IMG/VR virus record: IMGVR_UViG_3300032213_001526
Coordinates: 1-58,012 of that record
DNA: 58,012 nucleotides
Source of the DNA: a virus
Lineage: Duplodnaviria; Caudoviricetes
Direction: 5' to 3' (one strand)
How positions within the stretch are numbered: the first letter of the stretch is position 1; each line of letters opens with the position of its first letter. This document shows positions 1 through 8,721 of the stretch, in pieces. The notes under the pieces were generated by a model. It was not told the DNA's origin. It worked only from the letters and a program-made list of their open reading frames with translations, and made no database searches. Both the position numbers and the translations under genes were made by a program.

Positions 1-1
1 C

Positions 2-301
2 ATGACAAGCGGAGGGCGGTTCGGTATTGGCACTCGCGGCGACGCATTTGACAGCTTTGCAACGTCTGATCCATGGGTCGGCGACATTCGCGAAGTCATC
101 ATCTACTCAGGTCGCGTTACGCCGCAGCTAGAGCAGCGTGTCGAAGGCTACCTCGCCCATAAGTGGAACATCGCGTTGGCCTCTGGTCACCCGTACGCTT
201 TTGCGCCTCCAATGATGGGTGCGTTTAGAACTATCGGCACGGGCGTTCGCACGCTGCGTCCGACGTTTGACTTTGCAAACTCGGGATGGGTGACGCCGTG
301 A
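2..301 (+). CDS. C-terminal part of a LamG/ConA-like virion protein (probably 5'-truncated by the window)
   Basis: GDIREVIIY...QRVEGYLAHKW motif typical of phage LamG-like domains; paralogous to the C-terminus of 1230..2171. Confidence 0.7.
   Translation: MTSGGRFGIGTRGDAFDSFATSDPWVGDIREVIIYSGRVTPQLEQRVEGYLAHKWNIALASGHPYAFAPPMMGAFRTIGTGVRTLRPTFDFANSGWVTP
182..214 (+). repeat. 33-bp exact direct repeat, copy 1 (copy 2 at 2016..2048)
   Basis: tctggtcacccgtacgcttttgcgcctccaatg, encoding SGHPYAFAPPM in both genes. Confidence 0.95.
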
Positions 302-1233
302 ACAACCAGACGCGCCCCGGTCGTGACCAGATCGCCGAATCTCGCTTCGACGTGCCGCCGCATTGGCGCTGGGCGTGGGATGGATTGTTCGCGCTCTACA
401 TCCCGTATGCTGGCGACGGCTGGCGCATCCCGAACCTTGCGCCGGGATACGGACACTTGGCGCTGACGCATGAAGCGACTCCTGTCTACTCCGCGCGTGG
501 CTCGGTGATGACTGCCGCGTATGCGCGTGCGTGGTGCCTGTTCCCGAACAACCTCTACAATCGCCAACTCGGGTCCACGCGCTTTAGCCTTCTGTGGGCT
601 GGATACGATACACGCGCAAACGGCACTGGTAGTCCCTACACCGGATACTTTGGGGTCAATGCAGGCGTTGACGCCAATCCGAATCACACGCTGGGCATTG
701 AGCGAAACGGGGACGCTCGCAACATCAACTTTATCAGCTCGACCAGCGGCGGCGGCGCTCTTGCCGTGCAAGGGGTAGAGCCTGATTCAGAGTTGACGGC
801 ACCGCTTTGCATTGTCGGTGGTCGCAGCTTTAATCGCAACGCTGGCACAAGCATGTTGCATGTCATGGCAAAACGCACGGAGAATAGTGGGTTCTACGGC
901 CTTGGCATACGCCACATTGACAACGACACGGGTGACACGAATTGGGGCGGTACGCCAAACAACGCGGTCGCACACATCTTTCTCGGCAATCGCTACACGG
1001 GGTCTGCGGGTAACCCCGGCATTACGACTAGCGTGTCCGCAATGTGGTTTAACTCGTTCTCGTTCAACAAGACGCGCCGACTGCACGCAGAGCCGTTTGC
1101 GCCGTTTACCAAGTGGAAGCGTATGTGGGCCGGTACGCTCGGCAATACGCTCGCGCAGTCCCTTGCCGCGACTGACGGCGTCCGCGCTCGCACGTTAACC
1201 AACGGCGCAACGTTGCGCGTGAGGCTCGGATGA
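298..1233 (+). CDS. putative LamG-like virion/adhesin protein
   Basis: GTGA overlap with the previous stop; beta-rich Gly/Asn/Thr/aromatic composition; WDGLFALY...G N-terminus and RRLHAEPFAPF C-terminus resemble phage LamG-like proteins. Confidence 0.55.
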   Translation: MNNQTRPGRDQIAESRFDVPPHWRWAWDGLFALYIPYAGDGWRIPNLAPGYGHLALTHEATPVYSARGSVMTAAYARAWCLFPNNLYNRQLGSTRFSLLWAGYDTRANGTGSPYTGYFGVNAGVDANPNHTLGIERNGDARNINFISSTSGGGALAVQGVEPDSELTAPLCIVGGRSFNRNAGTSMLHVMAKRTENSGFYGLGIRHIDNDTGDTNWGGTPNNAVAHIFLGNRYTGSAGNPGITTSVSAMWFNSFSFNKTRRLHAEPFAPFTKWKRMWAGTLGNTLAQSLAATDGVRARTLTNGATLRVRLG

Positions 1234-2171
1234 ACCGCCCCTTGTGGACGCCAGCACAGGAACGACTCCGGCGCGTGCGCGGGTGGTACGATGCCGCGCT
1301 TGCGCCAAGCATTACGACAACGCCCAGCGTTGATACTCCGGCGCGTGTGGTCTACGCATGGGGCGACCGGAGTGGCCTCGCGAATAAACTTGAGCAGGCG
1401 ACCGATGGCCGTCGCCCTGAGATGGGGCAGATCAACGGCAGGCGTGCGGTTAAGGTTTTCCAATACGACTACGAGTACCTGACCGCGAACGCGCCCTCCG
1501 CGAACCCGTACAGCGTCACCAACGCCTCGGGGTTCGTGATGTTCTGTGTGTTCCGTGCCGATGTGGTCGCAACTAACGGTACGGTTGGCGATGGGGCTGG
1601 GACATATCTATGGGACCGCTATCACTTGACGGGGCGAACGCCTATCTCGTCGCTGAAGGTTCAGGGTTCTGACTGGTGTTGGCAGACCCGTACTGATGGT
1701 GGTTCTTACTTGAACGATTCACCAAACCTGTTTCCCGTCGTGTTGGGAAAAACAGAGTTGGTCAGCTTGGGGTATACAAGCGCAGCGGCTGTTACAACGC
1801 GGGCGTGGCGTGATGGGAAGCAAGTATTCAGCGCGAGCACGATCAACGGGGCGTTTTCCCCCGAACTTCCGTGCTTTGGCAAGTCCGACTCAACCACGAT
1901 AACTGGCTCCTCGGTAAGCATCGGGGAGTGGGTCATTATCAACGACGCAAACGATACGCGGCTGCGTCAGCAAATCGAAGGGTACTTGGCGCACAAGTGG
2001 GGAGTGCGGCTCTCGTCTGGTCACCCGTACGCTTTTGCGCCTCCAATGGTGGGCTCTGCCACATCGCTTTGGCCGCTCACGCGCTACACCCAAGCCACGC
2101 TAAACGTCACCGCACGGCGAGCAGCGGGTTATCTCGCCACACCCAATCCACGCCTTCCTATCCTTCGCTGA
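1230..2171 (+). CDS. LamG/ConA-like virion protein
   Basis: GWYDAA...V.AWGDRSG...Q....RP start and IGEWVI...RQQIEGYLAHKWG end; ATGA overlap. Confidence 0.7.
   Translation: MNRPLWTPAQERLRRVRGWYDAALAPSITTTPSVDTPARVVYAWGDRSGLANKLEQATDGRRPEMGQINGRRAVKVFQYDYEYLTANAPSANPYSVTNASGFVMFCVFRADVVATNGTVGDGAGTYLWDRYHLTGRTPISSLKVQGSDWCWQTRTDGGSYLNDSPNLFPVVLGKTELVSLGYTSAAAVTTRAWRDGKQVFSASTINGAFSPELPCFGKSDSTTITGSSVSIGEWVIINDANDTRLRQQIEGYLAHKWGVRLSSGHPYAFAPPMVGSATSLWPLTRYTQATLNVTARRAAGYLATPNPRLPILR
2016..2048 (+). repeat. 33-bp exact direct repeat, copy 2
   Basis: identical to 182..214. Confidence 0.95.
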
Positions 2172-2180
2172 GGTTTGCAC

Positions 2181-2621
2181 ATGAGCTATACGACCGTTTC
2201 AATTACTCCCGGCCTCGGCGCAGATGTCGCAGCCGACAACATCGACAACCGGCTTTTTCAACGGATGAAGGTTGCCGTTGGTGCCGAAAACGTCGGCGTA
2301 GATGTCTCCGACGCCAACCCAATGCCTGTAAGGGCACTTGGCGAGCTGATCGAAGCGATCGAAGCGCAGCGTATGACGTTGCAGTCGCTAGTGCGTACGC
2401 TCGGGCAAACCTATCCTGACGTAGCAGGGCGAATGCGCGTAGTAGTGGACTCGATCTCGGCGGCGCTGACGCTCGCGACAATCACGACGGTTGGCACGGT
2501 GACGACGGTTGGCACGGTAAGCAATCAAACGCAGATCGGCAGCTTACCCGCCACGGAACACATCCCCTCGCTCATGCGTCTTGGTGCAGACAGCGCACGT
2601 CGCAACATTTCCGTCACCTGA
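2181..2621 (+). CDS. hypothetical virion protein
   Basis: RBS gagg; QRMKVAVG...VSDANPMPV motif; TTVGTV tandem repeat (17-bp units at 2484..2500 and 2502..2518). Confidence 0.65.
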   Translation: MSYTTVSITPGLGADVAADNIDNRLFQRMKVAVGAENVGVDVSDANPMPVRALGELIEAIEAQRMTLQSLVRTLGQTYPDVAGRMRVVVDSISAALTLATITTVGTVTTVGTVSNQTQIGSLPATEHIPSLMRLGADSARRNISVT

Positions 2622-2630
2622 GGACTTACC

Positions 2631-4067
2631 ATGCCTACGACAAACGGCAATCGCCGCATCCTTGATCTCAAGCGGTGGGAGTTTTGTACACCGCTCCCCG
2701 CCGCGACTGCGGCTGGTGCGTTCGTGGTTAGCTCGCGCCACTATCGGCAGCAGCAACTCTACGTCACCGGCAATACGACGGCGTGGCTTTACAACCCTTC
2801 CGAGGACGGCTACATCCAAGTGCCGTCCCCTGCGCTTGCCGGAACGTTCGGCGCGGGTGCGTGCGGCGTGGCGGGATCGTTCTCCACCGGCACGACCGTG
2901 GCCGCGTCGAGCTTGACCGCGACGGCTGGCACCACGACGAGCATCACCACGAACCAGACGCTCGCGCGCGACCTGCGCGGGTATTCCGTGTACTTCCTGA
3001 GCGGCACGAACGCCGGCAAGCTCAAAACGATCGCCTCCAATACGATCGGCGCGTCGGCCGTCATCACGTTTGAGGGCGCGGCCGAATCAGTGGCGTTCGA
3101 TGCGACCAGCGTGTACCGACTCAAGACGCCGGTATTCTACGTGCTCGGAGCCGGTACGCTCGCAGCGGGGTCGTTCCGAAAGTACTGCTACGCGACGAAC
3201 TCGTGGACGACCCTCGCGATCACCGGCCTTCCGGCAACGATTGGCACGGACGGTCGCATGGTGTCAACGCCCGCGTGGATTGACAGTGGCTTCAAGAGCT
3301 TTGCCACCGGCACCGCGACGGCGGGTGCTGTCTCGTCGCTGACAAACAGCGGCAAGGCGTGGGCCGTCAACCAGTGGACAAACGCTCAGGTGCGTATTTC
3401 CGCAGGGACCGGTGCAGGCCAGATTCGCACAATCGCCAGCAACACGGCGACCGCCGTCACGCCGACCGCCAACTTCACGGTTGCCCCTGACGCGACGAGC
3501 CAGTACAGCTTCGAGGGCAACGACGACTTCCTGTACTTCCTCGGCAACAACGCTGTCACCATGTACCGCTACAGCATCTCGGGCAATACGTGGACGACGC
3601 TATCTCCCGGCGTAGCGCGTGCCGGTGCACCGATTGCGGGTATGGGCGGCAATTGGATACATAGCGTCAGCGCGACGGACTGGAACAACGAAACCCTGAT
3701 CCTCAACGGACGCTACATCTTCTCGATGCGCGGTGGCAGTGCCATTATGGACCGCTACGACATCGCAGGCAATACGTGGACGACGCTCGTCGGCGCACCG
3801 GCGACGGAGACGTTCGCCACGGGCACCAAGTACACGTACAACAAGGACCGGTTGTACATCCAGAAGGAAGCGACTGGCCGCTGGTTCTACTACGATTTCG
3901 CGTCGGGCGCGTTTGAGCCGTGGAGCACCATGACGTACACGCAAGGTGCGGCGGTGCTGGGCGACACGGCGTTCGATGTGACGTTCACCGACGGCGCGAC
4001 CAATATTGAGTACATCTACATGGCCCTTAATACGTCTACGGTCGTGTTGCGGCAAATGGTGATCTGA
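2631..4067 (+). CDS. putative beta-propeller (kelch-like) virion protein
   Basis: repeated Y...N[ST]WTTL blade-like motifs and two GT.AG..RTIASNT inserts; strong GC3 codon bias; RBS gagga. Confidence 0.65.
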   Translation: MPTTNGNRRILDLKRWEFCTPLPAATAAGAFVVSSRHYRQQQLYVTGNTTAWLYNPSEDGYIQVPSPALAGTFGAGACGVAGSFSTGTTVAASSLTATAGTTTSITTNQTLARDLRGYSVYFLSGTNAGKLKTIASNTIGASAVITFEGAAESVAFDATSVYRLKTPVFYVLGAGTLAAGSFRKYCYATNSWTTLAITGLPATIGTDGRMVSTPAWIDSGFKSFATGTATAGAVSSLTNSGKAWAVNQWTNAQVRISAGTGAGQIRTIASNTATAVTPTANFTVAPDATSQYSFEGNDDFLYFLGNNAVTMYRYSISGNTWTTLSPGVARAGAPIAGMGGNWIHSVSATDWNNETLILNGRYIFSMRGGSAIMDRYDIAGNTWTTLVGAPATETFATGTKYTYNKDRLYIQKEATGRWFYYDFASGAFEPWSTMTYTQGAAVLGDTAFDVTFTDGATNIEYIYMALNTSTVVLRQMVI

Positions 4068-4069
4068 CC

Positions 4070-4234
4070 ATGACCGTCCACCAGTTAATCGCGATGGCGC
4101 AGAAACGGTTGGTGTATTTGTCGCAACTGCAAGCGTCAGCCCAGTTAATCGGCGACGTGGAAGCTGAAGCGCGATGGGCCGAAGAAATCGCGCAGACCGA
4201 AAGCACGCTCGCCGCTTTGCTTACCCTCGTTTAA
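4070..4234 (+). CDS. 54-aa helical hypothetical protein (not in the ORF track)
   Basis: MTVHQLIAMAQKRLVYLSQLQASAQLIGDVEAEARWAEEIAQTESTLAALLTLV; fills the gap between flanking genes. Confidence 0.65.
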   Translation: MTVHQLIAMAQKRLVYLSQLQASAQLIGDVEAEARWAEEIAQTESTLAALLTLV

Positions 4235-4240
4235 GCCGCG

Positions 4241-5515
4241 ATGTCGTTACTGCTGCTCTTTCAGAACCCAAACGTAGGGTTGCGCGTCACCGTGCTGCAA
4301 GGCAGTACGGTGATTGCGCGGCGGCAGATACGCGCCTCAGAACTGGGCGCAATTGATCAAACGTACACGTTTGCGCTGACGTTTGACGAGTTATTGACGC
4401 TCGGAGATGTTGATGTCACGCCATTAGATATTGAGCTGACGTTCAGCCCGACAGCCAGTGTGCGTGGCGTCGAGGTTGATAGCGCCAGCGTGTCAGTGGT
4501 GCCGGGTGTTTTTAGCACGCCGCCTTCATCACCACAGACCGCCACGGCTGGCGCGGCGAGTGCCACCGCGACTAGTGCAGCCCCAGTACTCGCTGTCGCG
4601 TTGACCGCAACGGCTGGGGTGTCAGTAGCGATCACGACCGCAGCGACGCCAGTCATATCTGTTGGCGGACTGACTGCTACCCCCACACCGTCTATTGCCA
4701 CCACAACCGCCGCAACGCCAAGTGCGTTGTTAAGCGGACTGACTGCGACACCCACGGCCTCTATCGCTACAGCAACTGGGCTGGCACCAGTGGTGGCGCT
4801 TGGCGCGGTAACGCGGACGACGACAGTTGCGACGGCAACAGCGACCAACGTAACCCCGGTGGCTGCGGTCGGCGCGATCACGGCCACCGCATCGACCGCA
4901 ATCGCTACCGCAGTCAGCCTGACCCCATTTGCGTCGTCTGGTGGGCTGCTGGCGCAGCCGACTGCCGCTGTCGCGACCACTGCCGGACTACAGCCCGCCC
5001 TTTTCGCTGGCGCAGTCACGGTCACTATGACGGCAACGACAGCAGCCGCGACAGTCAGCACCCCGACAACGGCGGCTGGCGCAGTCACGGCGACGCCGTC
5101 GCCTTCTACGGCAGCCGCTACGGCAAACACGCCAGCCGTCACGCTGGGTGCGGTGTCTCGAACACCAGCACCGGCCATTGCCGCCGCCGCCGCCGCCACG
5201 CCAAGCATCACGCTCGGCGGCATGGTCGCAGCGCCAGCCCCCGCTGTTGCCACAGGAACACCCAACGGCATCGGCACAGCTTCGACCTACACTCGTCCGC
5301 TTGGTGTCACGGTTGCCACCGCTGTTGCACGGGACATCTCGACTGGTGGCCTCGGCGCACTAGTGACTGGCATCGTCACCATTGCCATGCCGTCCGTCAG
5401 TGTAAGTAGCGCGGGTCCAACAGTCGTTGCTGTTGAAATGGCGTACCAAAGCGTTCTGGCTACGGCAGCACATGGCGGCGTAGCCGTTGCGATACGTTCA
5501 CGAAAGGGGGATTAG
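4241..5515 (+). CDS. Ala/Thr-rich repeat protein, putative fibre/virion protein
   Basis: about 10 degenerate ~23-aa repeats such as TATPTASIATATGLAPVVALGAV. Confidence 0.7.
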   Translation: MSLLLLFQNPNVGLRVTVLQGSTVIARRQIRASELGAIDQTYTFALTFDELLTLGDVDVTPLDIELTFSPTASVRGVEVDSASVSVVPGVFSTPPSSPQTATAGAASATATSAAPVLAVALTATAGVSVAITTAATPVISVGGLTATPTPSIATTTAATPSALLSGLTATPTASIATATGLAPVVALGAVTRTTTVATATATNVTPVAAVGAITATASTAIATAVSLTPFASSGGLLAQPTAAVATTAGLQPALFAGAVTVTMTATTAAATVSTPTTAAGAVTATPSPSTAAATANTPAVTLGAVSRTPAPAIAAAAAATPSITLGGMVAAPAPAVATGTPNGIGTASTYTRPLGVTVATAVARDISTGGLGALVTGIVTIAMPSVSVSSAGPTVVAVEMAYQSVLATAAHGGVAVAIRSRKGD

Positions 5516-5878
5516 GTGGCAATACCGGCTGAGATTTACTGCGACAACGACTTGCCGATTGAAGTAGGGCCAATCAATATCCGAGCCTTTGCGACCGGCG
5601 CGATCTCGCTTGGCACGGGTATTACGGTCAACGCCATGCTCTCGGCGACGAACACCGTCTCGGCAACCCCCATTCATGCAGACCTGTCCATTGTCCTCAC
5701 AGAGGGCGTCGGCTCGACTGCCGTGTTCTATGGCGGCTGGAACGGCGACAAGCTCACGTCGCGGCTGTTGCCGACCTACAAAGACGCGGTCGTCTACGTC
5801 ATCGTCTGGTCGGGGCAAGACTTCCGTGTCGTCGGCTCCGTGACCGTCCGCGACGTGCGTCCGCTAGACGAGGCATAA
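5516..5878 (+). CDS. hypothetical protein (Ig/BppU-like beta sandwich possible)
   Basis: abuts the previous stop; beta-strand pattern; good codon bias. Confidence 0.55.
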   Translation: MAIPAEIYCDNDLPIEVGPINIRAFATGAISLGTGITVNAMLSATNTVSATPIHADLSIVLTEGVGSTAVFYGGWNGDKLTSRLLPTYKDAVVYVIVWSGQDFRVVGSVTVRDVRPLDEA

Positions 5879-6177
5879 TGGCCCCCACGTTTGGACGCAT
5901 CCTCCGCATTACCGCTGGCCAGCCACTGACGGTGCCGATCTACGTGCCGCCGTCGTGGGCGAAAGAGCCGATTACCGTCGAACTTGCCGATTCGACGAGC
6001 ATACCGCTGGCCAGCACGCTCTCTGGCCGTGGGGCGTTCATTGCGCCAAACATTGCCACACGCACCTTCATGGCGCGTGACGTGCAGCTTCACGTTACGG
6101 ACGGAATGCGCCTCTATCTCGTCGCCCGCTGTCCGCTTGGCGCGGTGAGCGAGCCAGTGACGACGACCATCGGCTGA
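5878..6177 (+). CDS. hypothetical protein
   Basis: TAATG overlap; last gene before the hairpin at 6194. Confidence 0.55.
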   Translation: MAPTFGRILRITAGQPLTVPIYVPPSWAKEPITVELADSTSIPLASTLSGRGAFIAPNIATRTFMARDVQLHVTDGMRLYLVARCPLGAVSEPVTTTIG

Positions 6178-6193
6178 CGAGCGGACACTAGAA

Positions 6194-6219
6194 AGCCAGC
6201 GGTGGGCGGACCGCTGGCT
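6194..6219. terminator. 10-bp GC-rich hairpin, probable (possibly bidirectional) terminator
   Basis: agccagcggt/accgctggct just after the last + strand late gene; weak U-tract. Confidence 0.55.
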
Positions 6220-6857
6220 CTATAGTAGACATGGAAACGGTAGTAACCCTGTCGTTCCGCCAAGTTTTTTTGCTGTCACCGAAGTAGCTCGCCGCTTCCT
6301 GCTCTCACACAGGCATCGGGTCGTGGCCGTCTCCCCGCACCAGCATATTAGCGGTAGGCTGTCATTCGCGCAAGGGCCATTAGATACTTTGAGTGCGTTT
6401 GAGGTCACCTACGTGTGACCACTGACCGTCGTGGGCGTGCCAAGTCGTTTACGCTCCACCAGTAGGTGAGAGAGCGCTGGTCGTGAATGACGACGCAAGC
6501 TTGACTCTGTGATAAAAGACGGGTGGCTTACTGCGACCGAGATGGCTTCCGTGTCCCTTGGCGCAGACACAGCCTCCACTCCATCAGGGTCAGTCAACGC
6601 CGTAAGCGCGTTGTCGTAGTCGCTCGGCTTGCGCCGTACTACGAGCTTCAAGGGTTGGTGGAGCACCATGTTGCTCGACAGCAGAGCATGGAATTGCTTG
6701 ACCTTGTCGCGGTATCCCATTGAGTCGGCCACGCACCGTCTACCGTAGGCCCCGAGAAACAGAATAAAAACTCGGTCGAAGCCTTTACGGCCTCGATGAC
6801 ACGAAGTGTACGGCAAGGCCACGGGTTCCGCCAGTGCCAATACGCCGATCTTCCTAC

Positions 6858-6972
6858 ATCACAAATCTGCTGTCGGAGAGCACATTTGTGATCTACACGA
6901 GAGCAGATTTGTGATATTTTGGCCTTTGGGCTAAAAGTATACGTCTAAAACGGCATATAGATCACAAAAATG
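6858..6972. repeat. cluster of 17-bp repeats GA(G/C)AGCA(G/C)ATTTGTGAT
   Basis: inverted copy 6858..6874, direct copies 6876..6892 and 6899..6915, partial inverted copy near 6961. Confidence 0.85.
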
Positions 6973-6989
6973 ATGCTTTTTGGACCACG

Positions 6990-7014
6990 TAAGTCCTTAT
7001 AAATCAAGGACTTA
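6990..7014. promoter_or_regulatory. palindrome containing an IHF-consensus site
   Basis: taagtcctt-N7-aaggactta; aatcaaggactta (7002..7014) fits WATCAANNNNTTR. Confidence 0.6.
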
Positions 7015-7053
7015 GCGAATGTTTCAGTCACACTACCGGATGACTGTACTAGG

Positions 7054-7062
7054 TGCTATATT
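7054..7062 (+). promoter_or_regulatory. putative extended -10 early promoter
   Basis: TGcTATATT, preceded by the cagtca-N10-tgactg inverted repeat (7025..7046). Confidence 0.5.
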
Positions 7063-7069
7063 TCAGGTT

Positions 7070-7590
7070 GTTCCATTGTAGTCAACGTCGTGATGACGTA
7101 GCGCACGAGGAAACGGTGCAACGGCCCGATGCCTGCACCGCGTCAGCGCCCGCCGCTGATGGCATCGGAGATATTTGACAACTGACTCACAAGCCCTTGC
7201 GCCATGCCATGTACGCAAGGCCACCAGCTATCACTGGTGCCACAGTCACGAAGAGCCCGTTTCCGGCCAAACCAGCGAATACAAGCTACAACCAATGGCG
7301 TCTGGTCCGCCGTCCGCTACCTATCCACAAAGTCTGGACGTGATGTTTTCGGCCCGCCCTAAACCAGCGTAACTGCCGCACGTTCGGTGAATGGAGAATA
7401 GTCGGTGTGAAATCCGGTAGGTAAGTGACTGGCGAAGGCGTCGACCTCCGCCCGCAGGATGTAAATCCCCGCTCCGCTCGGCCTGCGATAACGTACTGAC
7501 AGTACGTAGCGTGACACTCTCACAATTTGCCGTGTAGCTGCCATGTAATCCTGCATGGCAGCGCACGCGACGTTCCGCCGCCCGCCTCAC
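7070..7590 (+). ncRNA. candidate large structured RNA or structured 5' leader of the early operon (family unknown)
   Basis: no credible ORF; more than 10 complementary helices including a closing helix 7084..7092/7566..7574 and crossing (pseudoknot-type) pairings. Confidence 0.5.
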
Positions 7591-7612
7591 ATAACCCATT
7601 TTGGAGCCAACC

Positions 7613-7981
7613 ATGAAACGCCTTCCTGAACACAATCACGCAATGGTTCTCGCCGCGTACCAAATCTTCCGCGCCACCACGATGAAAAAAAAGCTAACGC
7701 CCGCGTCATTGTTTGACGCTTTCATGCGCGGCGCTTCCAATATCAGCAAGTACGAAAAGCGTTACTTCAAAGACAGCAGATTCACGCCCGCTGCCGCTGA
7801 TCCTGCCGCTGCGTTCGGCGAAGCGCTCATGCTCTCAGAGTTGCTGTCACGCGATGGCTTCTTTGAGTTGCCGCCCGCCAGCGCTGCCCACATGAGCCTC
7901 AGCGACTACGGTTCTCACATCGCTCAGCGTCTCATGTTGGTGCCGAACTTCAACATCGCACTGCCGCCGTTCGCCCGCTAA
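7613..7981 (+). CDS. early hypothetical protein, paralog of 8722..9105
   Basis: GGAGCC RBS; shares LFDxF and FGxALM..E...G.F motifs with 8722..9105. Confidence 0.75.
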   Translation: MKRLPEHNHAMVLAAYQIFRATTMKKKLTPASLFDAFMRGASNISKYEKRYFKDSRFTPAAADPAAAFGEALMLSELLSRDGFFELPPASAAHMSLSDYGSHIAQRLMLVPNFNIALPPFAR

Positions 7982-8004
7982 CTCTCACTGCACTGGAGCC
8001 TACC

Positions 8005-8403
8005 ATGCGTACCGTCAATACTGCCGACACCGAATCACTCCTGCCCGTTCAGTCACGCGATGGCGTCTACTCGCGTTACAGCGGCAGCGAACTGCAATCT
8101 TCGCCCGCTATTCTCACTTACAAGATCATTCTTGGCCTCACCCGTCTTGCCGAGCTTGGCTACAAGCTGCCGGACATTGCGAACATGGTCGAGACTCGCG
8201 TCAGAAACCCGAACGCGATCCTGTCGCTCGGTCAAGCGTACACAGTGTTTGCCGCCGCCCGCGTTGATGAAATGCGAAAGGCGCAGACGCGGCAGCCGAT
8301 CCTGCCCATTTCGCGCCGCAAGGTGAAGCGCAGCGCGTTGGTTGATTCCATCGTCGAGCGTATCGCATTGCGTTGCGACATCCTCTGGAGCATGGAACCG
8401 TGA
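8005..8403 (+). CDS. early hypothetical protein
   Basis: GGAGCC RBS; 132 aa. Confidence 0.7.
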   Translation: MRTVNTADTESLLPVQSRDGVYSRYSGSELQSSPAILTYKIILGLTRLAELGYKLPDIANMVETRVRNPNAILSLGQAYTVFAAARVDEMRKAQTRQPILPISRRKVKRSALVDSIVERIALRCDILWSMEP

Positions 8404-8693
8404 GTCAAACCCGTTCTGGTCTGGCGACTGACAAAGACACGCGAGCGGCAATCCGGTATGTGATTTGGCAGTTAGACGCCAAGCTCCGCGCCCTGTACAT
8501 CGAATGGCGAGCGGAGTGCGGTTCGCGTGATCGTGCGAAGTACGACGCCGCGTTGCGTGCCATGTGCCCTGACAACATCCACTACAAGTGGTTCACGAAG
8601 GAACGCTTCGGCTTTCGCTTTTCTTTCCGTGGCGACCACGAATTCATCATTCGCGTCAGCGAAACACAAATCGTCTGGTACCGAGTCCACTAA
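8400..8693 (+). CDS. early hypothetical protein
   Basis: GTGA overlap with the previous gene. Confidence 0.65.
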   Translation: MSQTRSGLATDKDTRAAIRYVIWQLDAKLRALYIEWRAECGSRDRAKYDAALRAMCPDNIHYKWFTKERFGFRFSFRGDHEFIIRVSETQIVWYRVH

Positions 8694-8721
8694 CCGCCCG
8701 CCCACCTTACTGGAGCCACCA

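Noticed and set aside
139-2053. Diversity-generating retroelement TR/VR pair
   Set aside because: Both copies are coding, the differences are synonymous and not adenine-specific, and no reverse transcriptase is in the window
4357-5277. 306-aa minus-strand ORF, and the many other long antisense ORFs across the window
   Set aside because: Shadow frames of GC-rich + strand genes, with no motifs of their own
6858-6972. Mini CRISPR array
   Set aside because: Repeats are 17 bp, of mixed orientation, separated by 1-6 bp, and there are no cas genes
7091-7168. Hammerhead or HDV-like ribozyme
   Set aside because: The core reads gUGAUGA rather than CUGAUGA and lacks the proper stems; the pseudoknot lacks the P3/P1.1 and J4/2 elements of HDV-like ribozymes
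7391-7449. 16S rRNA fragment or cobalamin/FMN riboswitch (gtgaaat..., tggcgaaggcg, cggtgtgaaatccg)
   Set aside because: Only short words match, and the flanking conserved elements are missing or out of order; kept only as part of the unassigned structured RNA
7175-7635. Short ORFs 7175..7372(+), 7321..7635(-), 7359..7556(-)
   Set aside because: No RBS, atypical composition, and they overlap the paired region
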